From positions 145,700,001-145,764,000 of the forward strand of contig OZ038378.1 of the NCBI GenBank assembly GCA_964036045.1: DNA of 64,000 nt. The letters are read 5' to 3'. The translations under genes were made by a program, and so were the position numbers. The notes beneath the pieces were generated by a model. That model saw only the letters and a program-made list of their open reading frames with translations. It searched no databases and was not told the DNA's origin. Of this stretch, positions 1-11,960 are shown piece by piece. The stretch's first letter is position 1. The number at the start of each line of letters is the position of its first letter. This DNA comes from Eutreptiella sp. 'Long Island Sound 2002' (lineage: Eukaryota > Protista > Euglenida).

Positions 1-1267
1 AAGTGGCAGCTCAGGACAGGGAGACCCAAGACCAGAGATGTATTAGAAGGGCTGTGCACCGTAGTAGGAGGGGGGGTACCTCCCCTGACCCCCCCTACCT
101 CCCTCCCCTTGGACCCCCTCCCCCCATCCCTCCTCCTCTTGTAATGTTTGAGGCTGGCAGCCAAAATTTTGCTTCGGCGCCGAAGATTTACGCTTCAAAA
201 TTTTTCGGCCCCCCTTCGGCGGGGACCATAGGGGGACCCTGGGAGGAGGGAGGGTCCGGCTGAACCCCCCCCCCCCTCCCTCCCTCCCCCCTTCAGACCC
301 CCCCCCCCTTCTAATAGTTTGCATTTGTTTGCCTTTTAATTAGGTCACACCCCCCCCTTCTAATACTTCCCTGCCGGAGACCGATCCCTGCCGGAGACCG
401 ATCCTGTGCAAGATCCCTATCAATATCGATGGGCAGTTCGGGTCGAACCGGCAGCAATTCAGTGGCCACGGTCGGCAGTTGGCGGCCCCTCCTCTCTGCT
501 GAGGTTTCTCTGACTGGCTTCCAGGCTGACCATGCCCTGAAGCTGGAGTGGCCACGGTTGATTGGCTGGGGGTGGTCAACCCCCCGTGGGCAGCGGTGCC
601 GTCCGGTTGTGGGTTCTCACGGAGGAGCGTTCATGTCCGCCTCAAGTGCGCCACGATCCAAACCCCCAGAGGAACTCCTTCCACCGGCCCCTCACATGCA
701 CTTGACCTTTGGACACCCCAAGCGCTCCTGCGGCGCCAGTTTGCTCCCCTGGTCCATTTTCATCGGAGATTCTCAAAACAGGACAGGCCAAAGTCCCACT
801 GACCCCGTCCACTGAGCACCAAGTGTCTGGGACTCCACCGGACCATCGCGGCGGTCCGCTCCGCTTGAGTGACAGCGGGTGGTCATGGCAGGCCCTTACG
901 GGCAGCCTTCCTCCCCAAGTGCTGGTCCCTCAATCCCGCTGTGTTTCACAGAGATACCCACCGTAAGGGCCTGGTGGGCCGGGCAAATCCTCCTCAACTC
1001 TGCAGTCAACCTCAGCAGGGGCCTAGACCTGAAAAAGCTCCCTCGCTAATAGCAGCTTCGTTGCAGTCGCCCCAGCCCTGACCATAATTGACCTCTACCC
1101 TCAATTACTGCGCCTCCATTCACAAGCGTTGCCAAGACGGTGAGAGGGTGGCTCACTGCCCCTAACCCTGCGACCAGCCTCTGCACACCAGCGGTTTGGA
1201 CCTTAAAGGCGTTGGTCTGGTCGGTGGTAAACTTTGGCGGGAAAAATTCTATTGCCTATCGGCAAGA

Positions 1268-2240
1268 CACCTCGAAGAGGGAGGGAGCACAGTCGGTCAA
1301 TCAATCAGCTAGTCACGAAGTCATTCAGAAGCCACCCATCCCCCCTCCAACACCCAAACAGGGTGAAAAACACATATAGAGGGGCCTTTACGTAGGATAT
1401 TTGATCCTTGTGGATGGTCAGAATGTAAAAAAACAATCAGTTTCGGGGCTGGCGTGAGTGACGGACTGACAATTGTCTTTCTGCGATGTTGTGTGCATGC
1501 ATGTCCTCTTTTGTGCCCTTGTCCTTGTGCCACTGTTGCTATCTGATTTGTAGTCTGTTATTTTGATCATTCGTTTGCTGTTTATCCCAAGGCATGATAG
1601 TTGATGTCCAACCTCCAACCCCTTGTAAAATCATTATTTTGCCCACTGAGACGATCCCTGGATGGATTTTCTGAGTCTGAGGCCTCTATCCCCTGAAACT
1701 GGATATCACTGTTTTGGAGGGGTGGGGGGTTGGGGTGGCGGTGGGGGTGGGGGGTCAAAAGTTTGTGCTCAGAAGGGTTTGAACGAGGGTCAGATTGGGT
1801 AGAGCTGACAGGTTGGCCGGCACTGCTGGCAGTTGGCCGACCGGGAATTGAACCGCCGACCTACACGACCTACACGCCTGTGGTCAGCTGCATTACCATT
1901 GACCGCTGCTTGTTCTGACAGGCCTGTTCTGTCAGTGGAGTTTGCGTCGCAGTGCCTGTGCAGTGATGAAAACGGGGGCTTTGGCAACGTCCTGCAACCG
2001 CCTGTTTGACCGCCACTGGGGCCACTTCTGAGGTCCCTTTCTGAATGCATCCCTGACACTGCTTCACCGCCTTCCCGAAAGCAGTGCCTGTCAGAACATT
2101 GCATAAGCAGGTTGGGCCCCAGCCCCCTTGGGAGCCCCCCCCTCCCCCCAAACACCCAAAATAGGGTAAAAAACACACAAAGAGGGAAATCCCCTGGCCC
2201 ATCGGCACGACACCTCAAAGAGGGAGGGACCACAGTCAAT
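1268..2240. repeat. Degenerate copies of the CACCTC(G/A)AAGAG dispersed repeat family, with a tRNA-like segment at ~1835-1910 (minus)
   Basis: cacctcgaagaggg at 1268 and cacctcaaagaggg at ~2211; cttgtaaaatcattattttgccc at ~1622 is shared with 48.6 and 50.0 kb; reverse strand has a B-box-like ggttcaattccc. Confidence 0.6.
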
Positions 2241-2999
2241 CAATCAGAGAGCTAGCCATTCAGAAGGTCCCCCATCCCTTTCCAAAACCCAAATTGGGTG
2301 GAAAACACATATAGAGGGTCTACAACATGGTTTATTTATGATATTGATCATTATGAATGTCCAAAACATCAAAAAAATCGGTTTTGAAAAATTTCATTTT
2401 TGAGCTGCTAAGAGTGGAAACTTGCATAAGTAGGCTGTGCCCCAGCCCGTTGCCCCCGTCCAAACACCCAAATAGGGTAAAAAGCATACGAATAGGGTCC
2501 AAACATGCTTTACGTAGGATATCTAACCATTCTGCATGGCTAGAATGAAAAAAAATCAGTTTGGAAATTTCCATTTTTCAGCTGCAAGAGGCTAGAAGTT
2601 TGCATGAGCAGGTTGTGTGTACCCCCCCCCCCCCCCACCCCGCCCCGCAAAAGAAACACCCAAGTCGGAGGAAAAACACATATTGAGGGTCTAAAACATG
2701 CTTTACATGGGATATTTGATGATTTGGAATGCTCAAGGTATAACAAAAATTAGTTTCGGACAAATTTTCCATTTTGGAATTGCCGAGGCCGAAAAACTGC
2801 ACCAGCACGTCGTGGCCCACACCTTTTGGATGCCCAACCCCTTTTTGCCACCGAAAAGAAAATACCCAAATAGAGTGAAAAACCAACAAAGAAGGATCAA
2901 AACATGCTTTACAGAATGGTCAAAAAATCAATTTTTCAAAAATACTCTTTTTGACCTTTAGACGGTACAAGACACCTACTGCTACTGAAACCCTTTACA

Positions 3000-3590
3000 A
3001 ACATTAATTATGAAGTCTTTGGGGGGCTCATGGCTCGGGCTAGATGGGCCCATTGCTTACTATGTGGGTCCCCATTGGTGCTGAAGTACCCGTATTGTCA
3101 CCAAATGATGATGCGAACCCATCGTAGGTGCAACAGAAGGGTTTGGGAAAAAATCGAAATATGAAAAGTTTTCAAGCCTCACTGAAGAACCTATGCAGCA
3201 GTAATTTAGGGGCATTTGGGGAGCCCATGGCACGGGCTACATAGAGTTTGCAGCCACTAGGTGGGTCCCCCAGGTTGCTCAAATGCCCGCATTGTCACCA
3301 AATGATCACCGAAACTGATCTTAGAGGCATTGGAAGGGTTTCGTCAAAAATTGCAATTTGAAAAATTCAAAGTGCCACTAACTTGAAAAGCTTATGCGAT
3401 ACTAGTTTTGGAGCTTTTGACGGCCCATGGCACAGATTACATGTTCCCAACAGCCACTAAGTGGGTCCCCATGGGTGCTCAAATACCCACATTGTCACCA
3501 AATGATCACCCACACTCATCCTAGGGGCAACGGAGGAGTGTCGTGAAAAAATTGAATTTTGAAAAAATGTTTAGCTGCCACTAAACGGCC
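3000..3590. repeat. Three degenerate ~190-bp tandem units
   Basis: Recurring ...gggtcccc...attgtcaccaaatgat motif; reverse complement of the units at 34325-34690. Confidence 0.6.
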
Positions 3591-4084
3591 CACGTAGATT
3601 GAAAACATCTGAGTCCTCACTGTAAGGTTTGGAATCGATTTTGGCGATTCATCGATTAATCGATTAATCGGCAATGATCGGCAAGCCAAACAAAATGATT
3701 GCAATCTACCGATTATTTTGCTACCTGCATTGAAATCGAATCGATTATTTCGGCGCGCAGCGGCACACCACAGTTGAGCCGCCAGTGCAATCAGCAAGGA
3801 ATCAAAAATGGCAAACTGTCGCTGAACTGCAGAAGAAGCGAAAACGTATGATGCACACCACTGTGGTTTTTCTTTTTAAAGGCACCGGGGTCATGAGCAC
3901 CAGGCAAAACGCAATATACACAGGTTGCAAAAACGAGTCTGAAAGTCAGCTTCTGAGCAGTGCCGGTGTGGTACGACACCACGACTGTTACATGGACGAT
4001 GGTTGCAGCATGAAACAGCGCGTACAACCGCCATCGCGAACCTGAACCTGATGCATGATCATCCTGATTATAATGATCAGAATC

Positions 4085-4200
4085 TGAACGACAACGAGAT
4101 CACCGAACGTCAAAGCAGCAGCATTGAGGAGACTTTCCACTCCAGCAGAAGTGGCAGGCGTCGCAAGGTACTGTCGCGCCTTTCTACTAAGGTTGGGAAA
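4085..4200 (-). repeat. Diverged second copy of the hAT dimerization-domain coding segment
   Basis: Minus-strand translation FPNLSRKARQYLATPATSAGVESLLNAAALTFGDL, vs FPNLSRMARQYLATPATSVGVERLFSAAGFTFRDL at ~4330-4440. Confidence 0.75.
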
Positions 4201-4245
4201 AGTGGTGATTGTAATGATCAGAATCTGAACAACAAATACGCACGC

Positions 4246-5064
4246 TTAAGGATAACAATACAAAGCGTGCGTGTAGTTGTATGCGGCGAACAACCTGTAG
4301 CCGACCGTTTCCTGTTTCATAGCGTGCGCGAGATCACGGAACGTGAAACCAGCTGCGCTGAAGAGCCGTTCTACTCCAACAGAAGTGGCAGGCGTCGCAA
4401 GGTACTGTCGCGCCATCCTACTCAAATTGGGAAAAACAGTTCGGTGTCGACGCCACCATTCTATGACATTCCTCTGCATGCTTTCTACTGGCAGTGCCAT
4501 ATATGCTGACAGTTCGTCGTCAGGTTGCAAATCTGGAACATGAACACGTGGACCTGCTGCCTCTTCGAATACATCCTGAAGAAGAGCTGACAGTCCTGTC
4601 TTCTTTTGTGCTGCAGGTTTTGGTTGAGGGCGTTCAGCATGCTGAGGCTGCCACTTCTGTGTCCATTGCGCCCTGAAGGCTTCAACAGCAGTGTCCCTCT
4701 GTCCCTGTGAAAGAAACCTGAAGGACTTCAATCGAGGATCAAGAAGTGTGGCAATACTATATTGTTCAAAGACATGGTCTGGCAGAGCCTTAATGAAGCG
4801 ATCCTCCAAAGCTGTTCGCAGGTTTGCACGTGCTACTCTGACCTCTGGTGTAGTTTGTTGTGGTTGAACAACTGAGTCGTCCCAATTGCACACTATCTCA
4901 CCTTTGCGAACCTTGTGGATGAGCATGTACACACTGGGTAATACAAGCGATGCTGTCACATACTGAGTACCTTCAATGTCATTCACCACTGTGGCTGCTG
5001 GATAAAGTACTGCCACAGAGTGCTCGGTTACCTTCCAATCATTGTAGTCCATGTGACATGTCAC
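4246..5064 (-). pseudogene. hAT transposase C-terminal half with dimerization domain
   Basis: IATLLDPRLK and EWWRRHRTVFPNLSRMARQYLATPATSVGVERLFSAAG are classic hAT C-terminal motifs; the central catalytic region upstream is missing. Confidence 0.9.
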
Positions 5065-5839
5065 ACTTTTTTTCCGTCTCCTGAATGAACCACTCCTTGT
5101 GATGTGCCATCAGATGTGCACGCAGATTCGTAGTGCCACTGCAGTGTTTGATTCGAATGCCGCAGACTCCATTTCCTCTGTGCAGGACACACCTGGCAAA
5201 CCCTGGGTCCTCACCGTCTTCTGTGAAAGCTGTCCAGACAACCGAAGTTCGCCGACCTGTTTGAGCCTGCAGTGGTGCTGATGTGGCAGAATCTAATAAG
5301 GCAGTGCCAGACTCTGATTTTTGCTTCTTCTGGCGCTCTTCTTCCTGCGCATCTCTTGTTCTCTTGCGCTTCTCGAGGTCAGCCCGTTCATTTGCTTCAC
5401 GCTCCTCGTTGAACCGCGCGATGAAGGCCTCACAGCCACTGAGATTCTCAAGCAGCTCCCATGTTTGGGCGGAGGCAGGAAAACCCTTCCACTGGACCAG
5501 CCATTGTTTTTCACTGTTGCCTTTGTCGTTCTTTGCCATGCGTTCTGCAATACTATCTTGAGCATCGTAGGTATCACACAGGCCCGCAGGGTCTGCAATG
5601 TGTTATGGAGTGCGGCGAGGTCGCCCCGGTTTTCCTTTGGCTGGCAGTCTGGTTGCAGGTGCCTTTGGCTTTGGTTTCACACCACGGTTTCCCATGATTT
5701 CGCCTGCAAGGAGACAAAAATAAGTAGTACAACAAGTAGTGCAGCCTGACTGGGTGTCTAGAAAGTCGGACCATGCCTCCTCTGGTGGCCTGCCACCAAT
5801 AGGTAAGTTTGGCAAGCCACCGAGTGTGGAAGCCAGCAT
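5039..5839 (-). pseudogene. hAT transposase N-terminus: chromodomain + BED zinc finger
   Basis: 5603-5839 and 5039-5539 are in frame across one TAA. YDAQDSIAER..QWLVQWKGFPASAQTWELLENLSGC is chromodomain-like; TSVVWTAF..ARC..C..GTTNLRAHLMAHH is BED-like. Confidence 0.8.
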
Positions 5840-5899
5840 GGCTCTGATGGCCCGGCCCTGACGGCTGATTAGATGTAAAGTGTTTGGAATTATGGTACC

Positions 5900-6000
5900 G
5901 TGATGATGTCATCGTGATGACGTCATCAGTGATACCGTGATGACGTCATCGTGGTGACGTCATCAGTGATTGCATGATGATAAGCAAAGATGACATCATC
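5900..6000. promoter_or_regulatory. Cluster of TGACGTCA-type palindromes upstream of the hAT transposase
   Basis: Three exact TGACGTCA plus near-matches within 100 bp; regulatory role is inferred. Confidence 0.35.
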
Positions 6001-6220
6001 ACTACAAATCCTAGTGAATTTTCTATGTGCAATAAAAATTTTGTTGGAAAATGAAAGATCCAAAAATGAAGGGGCAATAATCGGAACAATCGGTTATTTT
6101 TTGCAAAACAATCGGAAAAAACTGATTATTTGAAGGGGCCATAATCGGAACAATCGGTTATTTTTTGAAAAACGATCGGAAAAAACTGATTATTTTTTTT
6201 GAAACCAATTCCGAACCTTA

Positions 6221-6487
6221 GAAACGAGCTTTGATTTTTGCTCCCAAACTTGTTGTTTCTTCCTTGAGAACGATGAACCATGGAAAGAAATAATCCACAT
6301 TGCGCCGTGCGCAACGCCGGATGGCACCAATTTCTTCATATTCATATATCAATTTCCGTGCATGGAAATATTCAAGCGAAGCCCTATCATAAGGACAAAG
6401 TGGTGGCGCCCTAGACACACAATGAGGTAAATGTACGTGGTAAAGCAGCCCGTTGTCGGGTAGGGATGGGGACGCCGGAGTAGTCAT
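6221..6487 (-). pseudogene. Reverse transcriptase N-terminal fragment (DIRS/YR-like), truncated by the hAT end
   Basis: EYEEIGAIRRC..YFFPWFIVLKE..KARF resembles DIRS-type GAI..F.V.K..K.R; homology stops exactly at the TIR at 6220. Confidence 0.5.
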
Positions 6488-6513
6488 GAGCTACTACTGC
6501 TTGGTGTGTTGGC

Positions 6514-7632
6514 TTAACCGGAGCCGGCGCCTCGGGAACTGTAACCCGATTGGCGGTATCCTTTTCTACCTTTGCCTCGGCCTTTTCGACCGCTCCGATA
6601 ATTTTGTGGGGCGTTGTTGCTGTAGCGCCCTTGGCCTTGATTGTTTTGAGGCATGTTGCGAGGGGCTGAAGAATAAGAAGAAGCCTTGTTCAACTTTTGA
6701 TTGTGGGCGGCTAATGCTAAGTCCTCTCTGGAAAATAACGGGTTTTTGAAAGACATAGCGTCGGGGATGGACTTTTGTTTGCGGTATTCTTGAATACGTA
6801 CCAAAAGGTCGGTAGTGGCGGCAAAAGTTCTATCAACAATTGAATCCAAAACAACGTCGGATGGGGTTGCTTGTGGGTCAACAAGTTTGGCGTCAATCAC
6901 GGCCAACATACGCAAAATGTTAAGAGTGGCATTCTCCCAACTTTTATGCACTTTATCCACGGCAACATTGCCATCGCACCTATGATTATTGCATGCTGCA
7001 TCATGCGGAATCCTTTTAAAAAATGGAATATCCTTTAAAAGCCGTTTACGGTCTTCAAATTCTAATTGAACCTTCATGCTATGCCAAATGTTTTGGAAGC
7101 TCTCCGATAATTCCAATTCTTCAACGGACCATGGTAACGTAGGAGTAGGGGCACCGGCACCAAGCGCATCGCACAAAGCAAAAGTTGCTTGTTTGGCATC
7201 CCCGTCCAATACTTTTGGTAGGGAATTTAAACGCCAATGCAACGCAAGTGCAACCAAAATAACGTCACGATACACATCGAATCTTGTTGACAACACCCCC
7301 ACCTTGGACATGTCAAATATCAGCCGGGACAAATTTTCTTGTCCATATCCGGCACCAGAGCAGTGACCACCACCTTGAATGATATTATCTTGTAACCCTT
7401 CGGGGGCAATAGCTACCAAGGGAACCAGATCTTCCATAAAAAATTTCCAGGCGTGGTCCAGCGTGCCCTGGTCACCAGAAAATAAATCGGCCCAGGAGTT
7501 GAACGGGATGGGGTTCATCACTGCCATTTCTTCAATGATTCCAAATAAATTTCTTCTGTGATTTGTGAGGCAGGACAAACCGCCAACTGCCGGCGACAAA
7601 AAACAGTGCCGGCGACAAGAGACACACTCCAA
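6514..7632 (-). CDS. gag/ORF1-like protein of a retroelement (372 aa open frame; likely ATG ~7527)
   Basis: Long helical ORF with a basic G/R/Q/N-rich C-terminal tail, directly upstream of the RT fragment; no recognisable domain. Confidence 0.5.
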   Translation of the reverse strand: MECVSCRRHCFLSPAVGGLSCLTNHRRNLFGIIEEMAVMNPIPFNSWADLFSGDQGTLDHAWKFFMEDLVPLVAIAPEGLQDNIIQGGGHCSGAGYGQENLSRLIFDMSKVGVLSTRFDVYRDVILVALALHWRLNSLPKVLDGDAKQATFALCDALGAGAPTPTLPWSVEELELSESFQNIWHSMKVQLEFEDRKRLLKDIPFFKRIPHDAACNNHRCDGNVAVDKVHKSWENATLNILRMLAVIDAKLVDPQATPSDVVLDSIVDRTFAATTDLLVRIQEYRKQKSIPDAMSFKNPLFSREDLALAAHNQKLNKASSYSSAPRNMPQNNQGQGRYSNNAPQNYRSGRKGRGKGRKGYRQSGYSSRGAGSG

Positions 7633-9179
7633 GCCCGTCTTGTGCTGCAGAGGCGCCTTTTAACGGAAATTGCAGCGTCACATTTCGAACAAACTACTCT
7701 TCTTTTGTGGGCACAGCTGCTGATGCAAAAACACAAGGATTCGTAATGCCCTTCCCTTCTTACCGTGGTTACAAAGTGATTTAGAGTAACAGTGCCAGAT
7801 TTCGGATGCATTATTATTCTTTAAATTTACGTTTACGGTATGCGGTCCGGAGCATTATTCTTTACTTTACATTTACATTGACGGTAACGCTATGAGCGCT
7901 ATTTACGAGCGCCGGGCACCAGTTGGCGGGTACAATCGGAGCGCTTCTTGAAAGGAAAAGTCACATTGAACTCTTGAACATTGAACATTGGATCTTTGAA
8001 GCAATGAATGCACTTTTTTCATGAAAAATAATGTTTTTCCTGTATTGTTGTTATGGTGAATCATTGCTGGATGCGGCACGTCAGTGCTTGATTGTGAGCG
8101 GACTGGCAGAGAGGTGAAGAAGTAGAATTGACGGACGATGAAAGGGACACAGTGTTGCCGGATCCTCTGGTCGAGTGCTGCACTCGGTCAAGGTGGCGCG
8201 TCAAGAGACCCAAGAGGGACTAGCACGTTGACAATGCTTTAGTCATACTTCAAATCGGTGTTTCTTTGGTCTACTTTGCTTTGGTCTGTTGCTTGTCTTA
8301 TGTGCCTTCGAGAGGGTGAGAGGGAGGTACCAGAAAGGCTGACAAACTTGGGGGTCCAGCTGAACCCACTCCATCCCCCGCCCCCTCCTCCAATCTACTT
8401 CTTTCTTGGAAGGGAGTCCACATTGGGCGCCGAAGGCGCAGAAGCAAAAATTGAGGAAAACAACCAATTACATTATCAGAGACCCCCGTCCATTGAACAA
8501 TAACATTTTATATTATCCATTTTTCGGCCAGATTATTTTTTTTTTAACATTTACATTTTACATTTTCGTTTGCTGTGTGCAATATTATTCTGTAAATCAC
8601 TTTGTCACCACAATATTCGATATGTCGTGCTTGATTATGTTTTCATCCGAACCGCCCCCACAGTTCCTTTTTGAATTTTCACCACACGGTGATGGCACTC
8701 AAATGTAGATGCTGTGCAAATTGGACGGTCATTTGATTGTCACATTCGTCACAAACTACCCTTTTTTTGTGGGCACAGCTGCTACTGCAAAACCAGCAGC
8801 ATACCAGTCCATAAAGATTAGCACATTAGATTTGTGGAGGCCATCGTAGTTCCGAAATTTGCAGCCGCACTCCACTTATACATGTGCCTATGCGTGGCAG
8901 TAACTTCACTAGATGGGTGTAATGGTGACTGGGGGGGGGAAATGCCCAAAAAGGGGAGATTTTGGAGTATGAAAAGGGAGATTTGGAATTATAATTGAAG
9001 ATTTCTTTGGCAAAAAATACTGTAGTACACGTTGAAGGAATTGAAGATTTGTTTGACAAAAAATACACCTGCAAGCATGGTGAATACACAGAGGGCTCTC
9101 TTCGGGTACACTAGGGGTTCCCAAGGGTGGGTGGTGACCCCATTCCATGCCTGCGTAAGCCGTGACCACTCGGATTCGA

Positions 9180-9330
9180 ACCACCAAAATCCGCCTGCGG
9201 CCTCACCGGTGGGTATCCGCTAGTCGTGGACACGGCACTATTACGATGTGTGAAATCGCATGCGATCCGCCATTTGCCAGGGTCAGAAATGGTGGGCCAG
9301 AAGTGGTTTTTCAACTTCTGATTTTTCGAT
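9180..9330 (-). pseudogene. RT motif fragment
   Basis: FWPTISDPGKWRIACDFTHRN resembles the K-W-R-x-x-x-D-x-R-x-L-N RT motif; frameshifted downstream. Confidence 0.4.
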
Positions 9331-10469
9331 TTTCCACTGCAATGGAGATCATGCCACTGACGTTAATACCAAAAATGTCGATCATACCGGCCGAATTGCG
9401 AATTCGACTTTTTCACACTTTGTGGTGTCGTTCCTTGTTGCCGTGTTACGTTTTGTTACTGTGGGCGACTTGAAATCAGTAATGTGTGCCTTTCGTACTT
9501 TAATATTGCGCACAGCCCTACGTAATGCCATACACTTCCTATTTGACATGCTGCTGGTGCAAAAGCACAGCCCTTAGTAATGCCCTACCCTTTTTCTTTT
9601 TCACATCCAGTCTTTGTTTTTCTTTTTATTGGAACTCCTCCCACATTTCATTGTTAAATTTTCAACACTCATTGACGGCACCCAAGGGCAGATGCTGTGC
9701 AAATTTTAGGGAAATTTGATCGTCACATTTCGAGCAAACTACCCTTTTTTTGTCATGGTGGGCACAACTGCTAAAGCAAAAGCACAACCCTTCATAATGC
9801 CGCCATCACAGGCTCCTTCATAGAACAGATATGGCACACAACAGTGCATGGAGGGAGAGGTCTGAGGAATGGGTCAGGACAAATGATCTTTCTACGAGCT
9901 CTCAGAACATTGTCTCACAGTTCTGGTGTTGCGAAATATGAACATAGCAACATAGCATGGGGGGGGGGGGGGGGCAATATCAGACGCAATGCGCATGGTG
10001 TGTGGGTTTTTCCAAAGACAGTTTCGGCTAATTTAGAGGCTACTGCGTCCAACTTGGCAGTTGGGGTTGGGGGCCCAAAGACGTTCACAATATGCATGTG
10101 TGCCTTTTTTTTGCTGGTGCCATGTCCTTTGTAATGTTGCCTTTTTGGTAGGCGTGTAATTTGTCTTCTTTCGGCCTGTTGATGCACTGCTTGCATGTGA
10201 GCTCACCCAAGGGGGCCCTCACACCCTGCCATAACTCTTCGCACCGCAACCTCCGCCAAGGGACAGTATTTATTAAATACAATGGCTTCAAAGGTAGACC
10301 ATTTCCTGGACAAGTTGTTTAAATACCTGACGCAGTGCGTGCACGGTGCCTAAACTCCCCCAACAGGGTGCAGAAAAATCACCATGTGGAACTGATGCTT
10401 TTTTTTTACAAGCAAGTGCCCACAGGTGCTGAGTTGATAAGTGAAGCGCTGGGGACACCACTACCAATT

Positions 10470-10880
10470 CTCGAAAAAGCCGGGCCGGGTGCCTTTACTC
10501 AGCCAATGCCTGCAGTTGGCACTGGCGTTGAGGGCCTGCACGAAGTCGACCAAGAGCCTCTCGTTTGTCACCACCGGATCGTCCCCCGCCAACCGGTACG
10601 CCCCGTACGCCCGTAACCCCCGTAGCCCCCGCCAACCGGTACGGGTCGGTGTAGTCCCCGCGACGCAAGGACCAGGAAGTTATACATACCCCAACCGGTT
10701 CCCCTGGGTCGCCCCCCGCAGATCATACTGATGAATCTCGACAAAGAAGGCGTCACCGGAACCACATTTCGTTCCCCACGTTCCCGCCCTCTGGACCCAC
10801 GAACAGTCCTGCGCCGTGGAACAGCCTGACCTGCTCGTCCAGCGTTCGGGGGAGTTGGTAAATTATGTGCTTGCTGCAGC
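10470..10880 (-). pseudogene. Glycosyltransferase family 61 (DUF563)-like exon fragment, frameshifted
   Basis: YQLPRTLDEQVRLFHGAGLFVGPEGGNVGNEMWF, then GDAFFVEIH and GMYNFLVLA, fits the GT61 pattern EQVxLFxxAxxxVGPHGAxLxNxxF..VVEI..Y..LA. Confidence 0.5.
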
Positions 10881-11099
10881 ACCAGTGGTGTAAAAAACAA
10901 CTGTGGGAGCAGTGCCTAAAGAAAGAGAATCAATGGGTACATGTCGAATTAGAAGGGTAGGTTGTCCCTTCTCCCCGCGGCAAACAACACAGGCGCATCT
11001 AGCACAAGGCGACGTAAACTTTTCTCCGGTGCCCTCAACGCAGGTCCACTTAGGGCAGACTTTTACTTTGGCGCCGACTGAAACTTACCGAAACTTACC

Positions 11100-11960
11100 T
11101 GGGGGGGGGGGGGGGGAAGCCTTGAAATGATGGTGCTCTGTTGGCAGTTGGCGGTGTCAATCGACTTCTCGCCATTCACGAAGATCTCGACCAGGCCTTC
11201 CTTCGCCAAGGCCTACCCGGGTCATGGCGCTGGCACCGGCCGGTAGGTGCAACTCTGGTGTTTCGTAGCAGTGAAATCACTTTGGGGTGGGAGGTTGCTC
11301 TGTGGAAAGTGACGCCATGTGGGGTTGTGCACTTGCCCCCCCCCATTTTTTGTCGCCGGGTTTCTACACCAAAACACGTATTTCCACGTTAAAGCAGGTA
11401 GGAAAATCAACCTTTGTTTTTTTAGTAGGGTCCACGATCCAGTAGGCCACCGTGTCGGCCCACCGTTTCTGTTTCTCCATGGTGGCGGGTTGTGGCACCA
11501 ACACATTAAGGACCACGATAAGACCACTCTCCTGCTAATATCCCCGTGCCAAAAGAAACTGCTACAGTTCCCGCTGAGCCCAGGCCCGACATAAACCCCA
11601 CAATTGACCCGGACCTTTATCGACGATGTGGACCACCGCTGCTTCGAGAAGATCACCGGCGACATGCCGAAACCGTTGCCGTAATTCACCTGTATTGGTG
11701 AGCTGCACCAAGGGGACAAGGGACCGTAACTGTTCATCCGACAGAGGGGGTACATTCAGCACAGCAACTAACTGTGCCAAGCTCTTCACAGCCTCCTTCC
11801 ATGACGCACATCCAGAACAAGGAAGGGGGTCATTAGCGTGTAGGAGTAGTCCTGCATGCTCAATAGACGCTGGTAACAAGCAACAATGCCCCTGTACACG
11901 ACACATGTCACCCGCTGCCCGCCACTTTGACCTCACTCCCCCCCCCAAATACTTATGCAC
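11100..11960 (-). pseudogene. Degenerate retroelement ORF, possibly Penelope-like RT N-terminus
   Basis: VHIVDKGPGQLWGLCRAWAQREL*QFL..GY resembles the Penelope-like I.PADKG..VV..Y..L..Y region; several stops. Confidence 0.3.

Larger units (their letters stand above)
3623..6220 (-). mobile_element. hAT DNA transposon, internally deleted (non-autonomous)
   Basis: 18-bp TIRs taaggtttggaatcgatt (3623) and taaggttcggaattggtt (rc ending 6220), 15/18 identical; subterminal aatcgg/atcgatt repeats; hAT transposase fragments inside; no 8-bp TSD (cctcactg vs gaaacgag). Confidence 0.85.

Noticed and set aside
1-1000. Short ORFs at the window start
   Set aside because: No motifs; low-complexity G/C tracts
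10335-10731. Plus-strand ORFs 10335-10616 and 10441-10731
   Set aside because: Antisense shadows of the GT61-like fragment
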